Assembly: GCA_963753595.1 (NCBI GenBank)
Contig: CAVWCX010000036.1
Coordinates: 32,001 to 96,000, forward strand
From: Candidatus Methanoperedenaceae archaeon
GTDB taxonomy: Archaea > Halobacteriota > Methanosarcinia > Methanosarcinales > Methanoperedenaceae
Length of the DNA: 64,000 nucleotides
Reading direction: 5' to 3'
In this document: piece by piece, positions 31,260 to 40,423 of the stretch
Layout of the letters: each line of letters opens with the position of its first letter
Numbering within the stretch: the first letter of the stretch is position 1
The notes under the pieces: generated by a model
Database searches by the model: none
What the model was told of the DNA's origin: nothing
Seen by the model: the letters and a program-made list of their open reading frames with translations, nothing else
Position numbers and translations under genes: made by a program

Positions 31260-32045
31260 ATGGATATTGACATAATCGAATTATCCGAACGCAAGGCAAG
31301 GTTTGTTCTATCTGATGTTTCTGCATCATTTGCAAATGCTTTAAGAAGAAGTATCCTTGCGGAAGTTCCGGTAATGGCTATTGATGATGTTAATATCTAT
31401 GAAAATACTTCTGTATTGTTTGATGAACAGTTTGCCTTGAGATTAGGATTGATCCCGTTAAAAACAGATAATAAATCCTATGTGCTTCCCGAAGAATGTA
31501 ACTGCAAAGGCGCAGGCTGCACTTTATGCAAAGTATCATTGACCCTTAGCGCAGAAGGCCCGAAAGTCGTATATTCAGGCGACCTTGTTTCTTCTGATCC
31601 GGGGTTGGAACCGGCTGATAAAACCGTACCAATTGTGGAACTCAAGGATAAGCACAAAGTCGTAGTAGAAGCAATAGCGAGACTTGGAACAGGCAGGAAA
31701 CACAGTAAATGGCAGGCTGGTGTTGCGGCAGGATTTAAGAATATGCCTATTGTGACCATCGGAGAATGCGATTATTGCGGAAAATGCGTGGAAATCTGCC
31801 CGCGGAATATTCTGAAAATGGAAGGCGATAAGGTTAAGGTCGTTAACGTAATTGAGTGCTCCATGTGCCGGTTATGTGAAGAAACATGTGACATGAATTC
31901 AATTAAAGTGACCAGTAAACCGGATTCCTTTGTTTTGACGTTCGAAACAACAGGGGCTATGACCGCTACGGAAATCGCTCTTGAGGCGGCAGGTAGTATT
32001 AAGAAGAGAGCGGAACAATTAAGTGAAATAGTTGATGCCCTCTGA
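31260..32045 (+). CDS. rpoD: RNA polymerase subunit D with ferredoxin-like insert
   Basis: ANALRR, LRLGLIP, HSKWQ, two CxxCxxCxxxC motifs. Confidence 0.96.
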   Translation: MDIDIIELSERKARFVLSDVSASFANALRRSILAEVPVMAIDDVNIYENTSVLFDEQFALRLGLIPLKTDNKSYVLPEECNCKGAGCTLCKVSLTLSAEGPKVVYSGDLVSSDPGLEPADKTVPIVELKDKHKVVVEAIARLGTGRKHSKWQAGVAAGFKNMPIVTIGECDYCGKCVEICPRNILKMEGDKVKVVNVIECSMCRLCEETCDMNSIKVTSKPDSFVLTFETTGAMTATEIALEAAGSIKKRAEQLSEIVDAL

Positions 32046-32123
32046 TAAAAGAGAATACCATCTCTTTTATCTTATAAATATTTCATAATGAAATATTTAA
32101 TAATGCTTTAAAAGCATACATTT

Positions 32124-32208
32124 GCGGAGGTTGCCCAGACAGGTCAAAGGCGCCAGCTTGAGGGGCTGGTTTCGAAGGAATTCGTGGGTTCAAATCCCAT
32201 CCTCCGCA
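32124..32208 (+). tRNA. tRNA-Leu(GAG)
   Basis: Acceptor GCGGAGG/CCTCCGC-A; anticodon arm CCAGC-TTGAGGG-GCTGG; long variable arm; GGTTCAAATCC T-arm. Confidence 0.95.
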
Positions 32209-32228
32209 TTAAAATCTTTTTAACGCAT

Positions 32229-32405
32229 TTATCTTTTGTGTAATTTCATTTCATAATCTATGAAGCACGAGATCATTGTCCTGTATATCTTCTCCACAAT
32301 ATCAGGGTCAAGATCATGTTCAACGGCAATGCCTCTTACTTTTGATATTACTTCCTCCACGCGCGATGGAGCTTTGACATCCTGCGTAGTTTTCTTGAAT
32401 TTGAC
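32229..32405 (-). pseudogene. 3' part of a chorismate mutase type II / PchB-like gene
   Basis: Manual translation VKFKKTTQDVKAPSRVEEVISKVRGIAVEHDLDPDIVEKIYRTMISCFIDYEMKLHKR-stop, with no start of its own. Confidence 0.8.
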
Positions 32406-32406
32406 A

Positions 32407-33105
32407 CTACTTCGGCTTCATGATGAAAATTCCAGTAAGGATGCTCTCGATCTGGGCTTTGTTTTTTAGCATGTGCTCATGGTCGGTAGTTACAAAGCAG
32501 ACGTTATCTTTGATATATTTATTTTTCACAAAATACGAATCCAGTACCACAAACACATCGTTTTCATAGTTAATTACTTTAAGAAGTCGGGTGCTTTCAT
32601 CAACATAGCAGCTTCGATAATCAGGCGGGCAGTCGTCATATCTACATACTGCTGCTTTAGGATCTGAATTACAGTCCCTGTCTATGGAATTTATCGCTAC
32701 CATGAAAGCATCTATTATTGCCTTTCTGAAATCACCGAACTCTCTTTCCCCACCCAGAGCCGTATTTCTGATCTCCATGAAATTTATTTCAACGAATGAG
32801 TTCAGTATTTTGCTTTCTTTCTCTCCAAGAGTGCCACTGAATCTCCTGGTAAAGGTTCTTATTATTTGGTCAAGACGCATCGGGTCCGGGGATTTGTTGA
32901 ATTCTTCGTAGAACCTCTTCAAGTACTTCAAGATAAGACCCCTGCTTCTTTCAAATACTCCCCGGCTCTCATAATAGACCCGTTTGCTGGTATGTCTTCG
33001 AATGCCTTCAAGTGACATATAGCGAGTTGTGCTGTTGTACTGCCTATCCCAGCTTATACGAGAACCGACCAGGATATTGGCATCTAAAAAATGGTCTTTG
33101 AACAT
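32407..33105 (-). CDS. Divergent PIN-fold protein, putative toxin
   Basis: FLDANILVG, E, ND..VV.D, FVTTD..H acidic pattern. Confidence 0.65.
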   Translation of the reverse strand: MFKDHFLDANILVGSRISWDRQYNSTTRYMSLEGIRRHTSKRVYYESRGVFERSRGLILKYLKRFYEEFNKSPDPMRLDQIIRTFTRRFSGTLGEKESKILNSFVEINFMEIRNTALGGEREFGDFRKAIIDAFMVAINSIDRDCNSDPKAAVCRYDDCPPDYRSCYVDESTRLLKVINYENDVFVVLDSYFVKNKYIKDNVCFVTTDHEHMLKNKAQIESILTGIFIMKPK

Positions 33106-33120
33106 CTATGGATGATGCTC

Positions 33121-34065
33121 CTATGCCAGATAGCCATCAATAACAGAGGACAGGATATTTTTGGACTGATCTCCAGGAGATCCGGTAAACAATCTGGCTG
33201 GCTCTATCTCGGTCAAAACTCCTGAACTGAAATTATCGATATGAGTATAAAAGGTGGTCAGTGATTTGTTATAAAGAGGTTCCCATTTATCCATTCGGTC
33301 ATTATAATATTTATCGTGGCCCACATCCAGGATCCTGATCCCTTTCGTAAAGGTAAGCCAGGTTACTTCGGCTGTGTGAAGGACCTCCTCATCCAGGTAC
33401 AGCAGATTATCACCATTATTCCTGATGTGATCAAATACCCTGGACGCTCCTGTTACAAATGAGGAAAATGAGGCATTGAATGATCTGAAAAGGGGTGCAG
33501 AGGGAAGTTCAGCCTCGCAATCATAGAGGATCTCCTCAAGTTTATCAACATCAGGATAAATACCTGAGAACTTATCAAGAGTCTGCTGCCCGGAAGATAC
33601 TATTTCCACGTAACCCTCCATGACATTCAGAAAATCCATCTTGAACAGAGGCATAAAAGCGCACGGTGCGTGCTTTCTATAAAGTTCATCCACAAATGAA
33701 TTAAAATGAAAGAAGTCCACATGGTTAACTATTGAACTCAGTTTCTTCCTGGCTTCCTCAAAGTCATCTACCTCAGGCATTGGTATCTTTTTCTCAAGTC
33801 CCAGTATTGTTTTTTCTTCTGAGGTCGTGTATTCTTTTAATATGCCTTCCTGCTTCAGCGCGCCTATGTTGGCTTCAATAACATCTGAAAAAGGGCCGTA
33901 ATTATACCAGTAGAATGGAAGGTGTTCTCTTATGGTGCTATCTTCAGGGAGTTCAACTTTGAGCTTGAATAAAACTTTGTGGATAGCGTATTTAGCTAAT
34001 TTCATGTCCTTTTTCTTAGAAAAGATCTGGCTGATAAGACCGGTTATCACTTCATCTTGAAGCAT
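33121..34065 (-). CDS. Panacea/SocA(DUF4065)-like antitoxin with long C-terminal extension
   Basis: IHKVLF..FYWYNYGPFS wHTH-type motif. Confidence 0.6.
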   Translation of the reverse strand: MLQDEVITGLISQIFSKKKDMKLAKYAIHKVLFKLKVELPEDSTIREHLPFYWYNYGPFSDVIEANIGALKQEGILKEYTTSEEKTILGLEKKIPMPEVDDFEEARKKLSSIVNHVDFFHFNSFVDELYRKHAPCAFMPLFKMDFLNVMEGYVEIVSSGQQTLDKFSGIYPDVDKLEEILYDCEAELPSAPLFRSFNASFSSFVTGASRVFDHIRNNGDNLLYLDEEVLHTAEVTWLTFTKGIRILDVGHDKYYNDRMDKWEPLYNKSLTTFYTHIDNFSSGVLTEIEPARLFTGSPGDQSKNILSSVIDGYLA

Positions 34066-34137
34066 TATAAGTTAATTTTCCTTATTAGTACATATAATTA
34101 TGCGAACTTCGGCACATGGTGCGTTGCTTTTGTATCT

Positions 34138-34203
34138 GTGAGCGATCCTGGCGGTGATGGTCGTGGTCTTGCCTGTGCCAGCAAAGATCAGGGGAGGTGA
34201 GTC
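34138..34203 (-). pseudogene. Remnant of a UvrD/Rep helicase N-terminus
   Basis: DSPPLIFAGTGKTTTITARIAH Walker A, lacking an in-frame start or continuation. Confidence 0.6.
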
Positions 34204-34218
34204 TAAACTTCTTTCATA

Positions 34219-35664
34219 TTATTCGTCCAAATCTGCATCTTTTTTCAATATACCTGAGAATTGGAAAATGAAATTATGAAATTCTTTCTTTTCAAGCAAT
34301 TTCAATTGATCGAATGCTTTTCTTAACAAAGTCGTATATCTTTTCAATAATTCGGAGTGAAAATCGTCTGATGGTAAATCTTTAAGCATCATATTAAACT
34401 GGCTGTTATAGGTTATAATGTCCATATCTGCAATATCCAATTGGACCTTTGAAATCTCTTGTTTCACTTCAGATAATGTGGATAACTCACCTATACGTTT
34501 GAAAGACAGTAATTCCCCATACAATCCATCGGAAAATGAAACAGTGTTATGGTCATCGATGTCAAAATGTTGTATTGGTTTATTTCTCTTTCTAACAACA
34601 AGGTCATTTACTTTAGTTTCCTTTTCCTGTTGAAAGTTAAAAAGATCGAAAATCTTTTCTGGTACGTCTATATATGAAATTACTTTACATTTCATCTGAG
34701 AATGGAAATTAACCGGATTTGCGCTTGGTGCTGTATTCATAGGAATGATTATTGGAGGCACTGTTGGATCATAATATATCATCCCATTTATATTAGTTTC
34801 AATAGAGCGATTTACTTGTTGAATATCATTAATACTTTCAGTACTAGCATATACAACTATAGCATTTCTAAATGACATATTCAATAAATCCGATAAAGAT
34901 TTAAAGAGCATCAAAATCAAGTAACGTTTTGTCTTTTGATGGAATTTAATTACTTCTTCTGGAAGGTGTTTTGGAAGGTCTGCAAAAAGGACATCTCCTT
35001 TTTTTGGTTTATAATCCGTCGGACTTAAACATAGAACGAGTAAGCAAGAGTCTATATTCTCAACATCTTTTTCTAAAGGATCTGCCGATAAATTGGACAA
35101 AAAGTTCAAGCTATCTTTTAGAGATGGATCATAAGGCACTGTAGATTTGAGATTTTTTAAATTGTCCATGTATCTTGTTATACCGGTTCTTTCAGAGCTA
35201 TCTATATTCTTTAGAATAATTCCTGCTTCAGCATTGAAATCTTCAATGGCAAAATGAGTGATATTAGCCGAACCAATATAGAATAAGTTATCATCCAATG
35301 AAGGATTAAGAGCAATAATCTTTGAATGTATCATTGGCAGAAATCTGTTTATCGCAGTATGAGATTTATTCAATCTTCCCAATCCAAGATTTATGAATAA
35401 CTTATTTTTATATTCCGGCATCAAATAGAGTTCGTCAAATATTTCAGCACATTCAACCGTTAAACGACCGACAACGATGTATTCAATCTTTTTTCCGTTG
35501 TCTTTAATATTTTTTTCATCAGGACCGAATATCTTTTCAAATCCTTCCCTTGTTAGAAAACCGCTGATTATTTTTATATTATTGATTGAAGGTAACACGG
35601 TCTTTATCTCATCGGAAAGTTTCTTCGATCTTCGCCCCTGGCTTAAGAAATGGGTGATTGTCAT
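34219..35664 (-). CDS. PLD-superfamily nuclease-like protein (restriction endonuclease PLD type)
   Basis: ISGFLT..G, IHSKII..YIGSANIT..NAEAG; AT-rich. Confidence 0.7.
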   Translation of the reverse strand: MTITHFLSQGRRSKKLSDEIKTVLPSINNIKIISGFLTREGFEKIFGPDEKNIKDNGKKIEYIVVGRLTVECAEIFDELYLMPEYKNKLFINLGLGRLNKSHTAINRFLPMIHSKIIALNPSLDDNLFYIGSANITHFAIEDFNAEAGIILKNIDSSERTGITRYMDNLKNLKSTVPYDPSLKDSLNFLSNLSADPLEKDVENIDSCLLVLCLSPTDYKPKKGDVLFADLPKHLPEEVIKFHQKTKRYLILMLFKSLSDLLNMSFRNAIVVYASTESINDIQQVNRSIETNINGMIYYDPTVPPIIIPMNTAPSANPVNFHSQMKCKVISYIDVPEKIFDLFNFQQEKETKVNDLVVRKRNKPIQHFDIDDHNTVSFSDGLYGELLSFKRIGELSTLSEVKQEISKVQLDIADMDIITYNSQFNMMLKDLPSDDFHSELLKRYTTLLRKAFDQLKLLEKKEFHNFIFQFSGILKKDADLDE

Positions 35665-35665
35665 A

Positions 35666-36325
35666 TCAAATCAATCCTTGCTCTTTCATACTTGTATGGC
35701 CCTTTTTTGAAACTATAATATGATCATGTATTTTTATTCCAAGTAATTCTCCCGCCATGATCAGTCTTTTTGTCAATTCAATATCATCCTTACTCGGTTC
35801 ATTGTTTCCGCTTGGGTGATTGTGTACAAGAATAACAGAAGCAGCATGATCCTTCAATACGTCAGAAAAGATCTCTCTTGGGTGAACATAGTTAAAATTC
35901 ATTAGACCTACCGTTATTATTCGCTTTTCGATTATTTCATTAGCTCCATTTAATGAGATACAAATAAAATGTTCTTGTTTTTTATCGCAAATGTCCCTTA
36001 CGAAAGGGAGTACATCTTCAGGAAAGGTTATCTTAACATCTTTTTTTCCAAAATATCGCCTTGCAAGTTCGAAGCTGGAAAGTATTTGGCAAGCTTTTAC
36101 TTCTCCGATTCCCTTGATATTTCTTAACTCGTTGTATTCAATTTTATCAAGTTTATCTCCATACCGAGTATTAATATCTAAAGCGACCTGAAGCACATCT
36201 TTCTTCGAATATCCTTTACCGATGAGCACAGCGAGTAATTCAACATCAGAAAGCGATGAAGCCCCGTTACGTATAAGCTTCTCGCGAGGCTTATCCATCT
36301 CTGGAAGGTCGGATATTTTTTTCAT
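35666..36325 (-). CDS. radC: RadC/UPF0758 JAB-domain protein
   Basis: KPREKL, ELLA, HPREIF, HNHPSG..PS..D, DHII. Confidence 0.93.
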   Translation of the reverse strand: MKKISDLPEMDKPREKLIRNGASSLSDVELLAVLIGKGYSKKDVLQVALDINTRYGDKLDKIEYNELRNIKGIGEVKACQILSSFELARRYFGKKDVKITFPEDVLPFVRDICDKKQEHFICISLNGANEIIEKRIITVGLMNFNYVHPREIFSDVLKDHAASVILVHNHPSGNNEPSKDDIELTKRLIMAGELLGIKIHDHIIVSKKGHTSMKEQGLI

Positions 36326-36933
36326 ATCCTCTTCTTTTTCCTAATCTTCCCACCCTCCAACTTTGCCTTTTGTTCCAGAATCCGCTTCAACAGCTCTTCT
36401 GCTGGTTCATCGTTCGCGTCTGGCTCCACCAGTTCCCCTCGAAAAGCCTTGGCAAGAACCGATTGCTCGATTTTTTCAACTCGTTCCATGGCTTTCTCAT
36501 ATTTGGCTTTTAGGGAATCAGCGAGAGAAAAGAGTTTTTCAACGCGAGAAACAATTTCATGCTGTTCTTCAGAAGGAGGTAATACAAATGGTAATTCCCT
36601 TACTCGATCACAGTTCAATGCTTGTGGCCCAGTGCCACTTCCGACATTCCTGTTATTATTATAATTCGAAATGAACCATAGTTGGAGAAATTCTGGGACA
36701 ATTAGTTCATTATCAGTTATAATCCCTGCAATGTTCTGGTTGATTGTAGCATCAATATCAAGAATTGAACTCTGTCCTCGAGTTTTTCCTTCACCGATCA
36801 TTGCAATCAAGACTGTACCTTTGGGTAGAAGTTTAACGGAAGAGTTATCAAAACCCTTCTTTGTAATATATTCATCGACCCCGTTAATGTTCTCGCGTAC
36901 TTCTTCTATGCTTTTACATACTGACAAATTCAT
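36322..36933 (-). pseudogene. hsdS: Chimeric ORF: chorismate mutase N-terminus (about 16-20 aa) fused to the C-terminal half of a type I R-M specificity subunit
   Basis: MNLSVCKSIEEVRENI followed by one partial TRD and LPPSEEQHEIV..QSVLAKAFRGELV..DEPAEELLKRI. Confidence 0.8.
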
Positions 36934-36956
36934 TTCTCCTTAGTGCATAAATAAAT

Positions 36957-37645
36957 CTATTTTCTTATTACCATCATCTCATTTGCGTTTTTCATAAATT
37001 CATAACCAACTCTGTTAATGATATCTTCAGATTCCTGAAATCCTCATCGTGTATAAGAAGTTCAATATATCCTGATCTGATTCCTTTAAAATTCACTATT
37101 GGAAAAATGCGAATTTCCCTGGAACTAATTCTTAAAAGTTCCAGTATTGTTTTCTTGTGAAAATCATAATCCAGTTTGTCTTCATAAAGAAATAATAAAT
37201 GGGATACGAGAGACATAGTAAATTGTCCATCCCTGAAATCCGTTGCGGGATATTCGACAGGTCTATATCTTTTTAGCCCATATTTTTTGAAATCTTCCAG
37301 GAATGATCGATATGCTTTTTCCCTCTGTGCTTTCAGTGATTGGATATCCTTAAAAAAATCCCATAGATAAATATCAGCGATAGCTGGCATCTGTTCTATA
37401 ACCGAGTCAAGGTCCTGTGCACATTTAGTCTCAATTTCATCAGCATGAAGGAAATATATTTTGTCAGAAGCGGTGACATTGAATCCTTTTGAATTTGCTT
37501 CTGCACAGAAAGAACTCACACCCGATGCTGCATCAAGCAAGGTTTCATTTTTCAGCAATTCATTATCGAGGTCGAACATCTTATAATATTCTTCAAATGT
37601 TCTTCCCATAAGGACGACAGTTTTCAAATCCAGGTGCTTATTCAT
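36957..37645 (-). CDS. SAM-dependent methyltransferase-like protein with apparent frameshift near 37020
   Basis: GRTFEEYYKMF, LDAASGVSSF, SHLLFLY, EIRIFP; family-like tail INRVGYEFMKNANEMMVIRK lies in another frame. Confidence 0.75.
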
Positions 37646-38522
37646 CTAAGAATTCTCCCCTTGCGACCATCTGCACCTTTCCGCCAACCAGTACCTCGAT
37701 TTCCCCCACCTTTTCTTCCCCTCTTAAATAGATCAATGATGGTCTTCCTATTTCATACCCCTGCTCAACCCGTATATCGATTTTCTTGCTTTTTAAATAA
37801 TTGTATTTCACAAGATATCCTGCAAGGCAGCCGTTCCCGCTTCCTGTGGCAGGGTCTTCGGGTACACCATAATATTGCGCAAAAACCCTGACGTTTAAGT
37901 CATTTTCCGACTTTATCGTTTCAGGGCAGAAAACCAGAAGCGCTTTTGCGTCCGAATCTCTTATTAATCCAAAGTATTTTTCACTGTTGATCCTGCTCTT
38001 TTTCAAAGCCTCCAGGGTCTTAAGGGGAACTATGATGAATGGCAATCCTGTTGAAACTTCCTGTACCGGGTACATGTGATCAATGTCTGAGACCTCGACA
38101 TTCAAAACGTTTGAGATTTCATCAGAATTCAAAATCCTTCCGAATATCGGTGGCATCTGTTTCATCCACAAAACTCCCCTGGTATCATTGAGATTCAGGG
38201 GGATCTGCCCGATCTTCAAATTAAGGATTATCGTTTCGACAGGCTTTTTAATTATCTCATGTTGTATTACATAAGCAGTCCCCAGCGTTGGGTGTCCCGC
38301 AAAGGGAACCTCTTCTTTCGGGGTAAATATTCTAACATCATAACCGCCATTTCTCATTTCATTTGACAGAATAAAGGTTGTTTCAGAAAAGTTGATCTCC
38401 CTGGCAATCTGTTGCATCCTGGTATCTGAAAGTCCATCAGCATCTTTCACAACAGCAAGCTGATTGCCAGTTAATTTCTCTTCTGCAAATACATCCACTA
38501 TGTAAAAGATAAGATTTCCCAT
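37638..38522 (-). CDS. PhzF-family isomerase
   Basis: VDVF..GNQLAV, NFSETTF, EVPFAGHPTLG, EDPATGS. Confidence 0.93.
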   Translation of the reverse strand: MGNLIFYIVDVFAEEKLTGNQLAVVKDADGLSDTRMQQIAREINFSETTFILSNEMRNGGYDVRIFTPKEEVPFAGHPTLGTAYVIQHEIIKKPVETIILNLKIGQIPLNLNDTRGVLWMKQMPPIFGRILNSDEISNVLNVEVSDIDHMYPVQEVSTGLPFIIVPLKTLEALKKSRINSEKYFGLIRDSDAKALLVFCPETIKSENDLNVRVFAQYYGVPEDPATGSGNGCLAGYLVKYNYLKSKKIDIRVEQGYEIGRPSLIYLRGEEKVGEIEVLVGGKVQMVARGEFLDE

Positions 38523-38538
38523 TTTCTTTTGATTTTGC

Positions 38539-40203
38539 TTATTGTATCACAGCGCCTTTATCCGCTGACCCTACCATTTTCTGGTAGCGTGCCAGATAAC
38601 CTTTTGTGACTTTTGGCGCCGGGGGTTTCCATGATCCTTGCCTTTTCTCAAACTCTTCTTTTGAGATCCCAAGGTTCAATATACGCCCTGGTATATCGAT
38701 TTCGATCGTATCTCCTTCCCTGACAAGAGCTATTGGGCCTCCTACTGCCGCTTCAGGTGATACATGACCTATGCAGGGCCCGCGTGTTCCGCCCGAGAAC
38801 CTGCCATCCGTGATGAGCGCAACCGAATCAATAAGTCCCATACCGGCTATTGCTGCTGTAGGAGAAAGCATCTCTCGCATTCCCGGACCGCCTTTTGGTC
38901 CCTCATACCTGATCACAAGGCAATCGCCCTGTTTGATCTTCTTAGCCATTATGGCTGCCATTGCCTGTTCTTCACTGTCAAAAACCCGGGCGGGTCCGGA
39001 ATGTTTTAGCATTTTCTGGCTGACTGCGGTCTGTTTTACCACAGATCCATCAGGAGCAAGGCTTCCCCGCAATACGGCGATCCCGCCTTCTGCATGAACG
39101 GGGGAATCAAGGGTTGCGATGATCTCCTTATTTGAGCGCGGATTTATGATTATGTATTCCTTCAGGTTTTCATCGAGATTTTTTCCTGTTACTGTCAATG
39201 TATCCAGGTAAAGTTTTGATCGCAGGCGTTCCTGTATCGCTGGCACACCACCTGCACGTTCAAAGTCAATAAGGAATCTATTCCCGCCGGGCCGCAGATT
39301 GATCAGGTGCGGTGTCTCCCTGCTGATATCATCAAACTTTGAAAGCGGGAGAGTAAGGCCGTATTCCAGCGCAATTGCCGGCAGGTGCAGTGCAGTATTT
39401 GAGCTTCCTCCGATTGCCATATCAATGCGAATCGCATTGTCAAGTGACTCCTGTGTGACAATGTTTCGTGCTGTTATTCCCTTTTCAACAAGTTCAAGTA
39501 TCTTCATGCCTGAATGCTTTGCTATCCGTACTTTTTTTGCATCCACAGCATGAGCAGTTCCACATCCTGGAAGGCTCAAGCCAAGCGCTTCGGTAACGCA
39601 CGCCATCGTATTTGCAGTGAAAAGGCCGGCGCATGACCCGGCTCCGCAGCAGGAGCAATCTTCAAGGTTCTTTAGCTCTTGGTCTGATATCTTATTATTC
39701 TGGCGCGCTCCAACGGCCTCGAACAGTGATATTACATCGCGGGGCTCATCACCCACAATTCCAGGCATCATAGGCCCGCCAGTTACAACTATCGCAGGTA
39801 TATCAAGACGCCCGGCAGCCATTATATGTCCCGGGACTATCTTATCGCATGTTGGGATCATGACCATTCCGTCGAACTGGTGTGCTTCCACCATCATTTC
39901 GATGCTGTCTGCTATTATTTCCCTGCTCGGGAGGGAGTTCTTCATACCAGTATGCCCCATTGCTATTCCATCGCATACTCCGATCGTGTTAAATTCAAAT
40001 GGCACGCCGCCAGCCATTCGAATTCCTGCTTTTACCCCCTCAGCAAGCTTATCAAGATGAATGTGGCCGGGTATAACCTCATTCCATGAATTCACTACCC
40101 CAATAAAAGGCAAAGACATTTCTTCATCTGTCAACCCGACTGCTTTTAATAAAGACCTGTGTGGGGCGCGCTCAAGTCCTTTTTTGATATTGTCGCTTCT
40201 CAT
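38539..40203 (-). CDS. ilvD: Dihydroxy-acid dehydratase
   Basis: [40 protein letters not shown]. Confidence 0.97.
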   Translation of the reverse strand: MRSDNIKKGLERAPHRSLLKAVGLTDEEMSLPFIGVVNSWNEVIPGHIHLDKLAEGVKAGIRMAGGVPFEFNTIGVCDGIAMGHTGMKNSLPSREIIADSIEMMVEAHQFDGMVMIPTCDKIVPGHIMAAGRLDIPAIVVTGGPMMPGIVGDEPRDVISLFEAVGARQNNKISDQELKNLEDCSCCGAGSCAGLFTANTMACVTEALGLSLPGCGTAHAVDAKKVRIAKHSGMKILELVEKGITARNIVTQESLDNAIRIDMAIGGSSNTALHLPAIALEYGLTLPLSKFDDISRETPHLINLRPGGNRFLIDFERAGGVPAIQERLRSKLYLDTLTVTGKNLDENLKEYIIINPRSNKEIIATLDSPVHAEGGIAVLRGSLAPDGSVVKQTAVSQKMLKHSGPARVFDSEEQAMAAIMAKKIKQGDCLVIRYEGPKGGPGMREMLSPTAAIAGMGLIDSVALITDGRFSGGTRGPCIGHVSPEAAVGGPIALVREGDTIEIDIPGRILNLGISKEEFEKRQGSWKPPAPKVTKGYLARYQKMVGSADKGAVIQ

Positions 40204-40262
40204 GATACCCCTGTGTAGATGACCTCAAATATTTTAAATATACCGCTGGCATATCGCCAGCC

Positions 40263-40296
40263 AAAAAAAGAAAATCCGGCAAAAATATTGCCGGAT
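40263..40296 (-). terminator. Hairpin plus U tract ending the cdrS-ftsZ unit
   Basis: 9-bp stem ATCCGGCAA/TTGCCGGAT followed by TTTCTTTTTTT on the minus strand. Confidence 0.65.
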
Positions 40297-40419
40297 CTAT
40301 GCCTTCGTTACCCTTTTGTCGAAATTGCAGGATACACCGTGCTCGCACGCACGTATCTCTGCACAAGCGGTCGTGATAATGCGCACAACACAATTTTCAT
40401 TTGAGTGCTTGCATTTCAT
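40297..40419 (-). CDS. Candidate 40-aa Cys-rich microprotein downstream of ftsZ
   Basis: ATG 4 nt after the ftsZ stop; MKCKHSNENCVVRIITTACAEIRACEHGVSCNFDKRVTKA; stop abuts the terminator. Confidence 0.55.
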   Translation of the reverse strand: MKCKHSNENCVVRIITTACAEIRACEHGVSCNFDKRVTKA

Positions 40420-40423
40420 GTAA

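Noticed and set aside
32124-36933. tRNA-Leu as the integration site of the accessory block
   Set aside because: No duplicated tRNA 3' end or integrase is visible, and the junctions lie within the chorismate mutase gene
40308-40400. 30-aa ORF MKIVLCALSRPLV.. plus terminator upstream of ilvD, resembling a branched-chain amino acid attenuator
   Set aside because: The Ile/Val/Leu codons are not in a convincing run, no antiterminator is evident, ilvD has its own TATA-like box downstream of the hairpin (~40233-40242), and the overlapping Cys-rich frame fits the gap better
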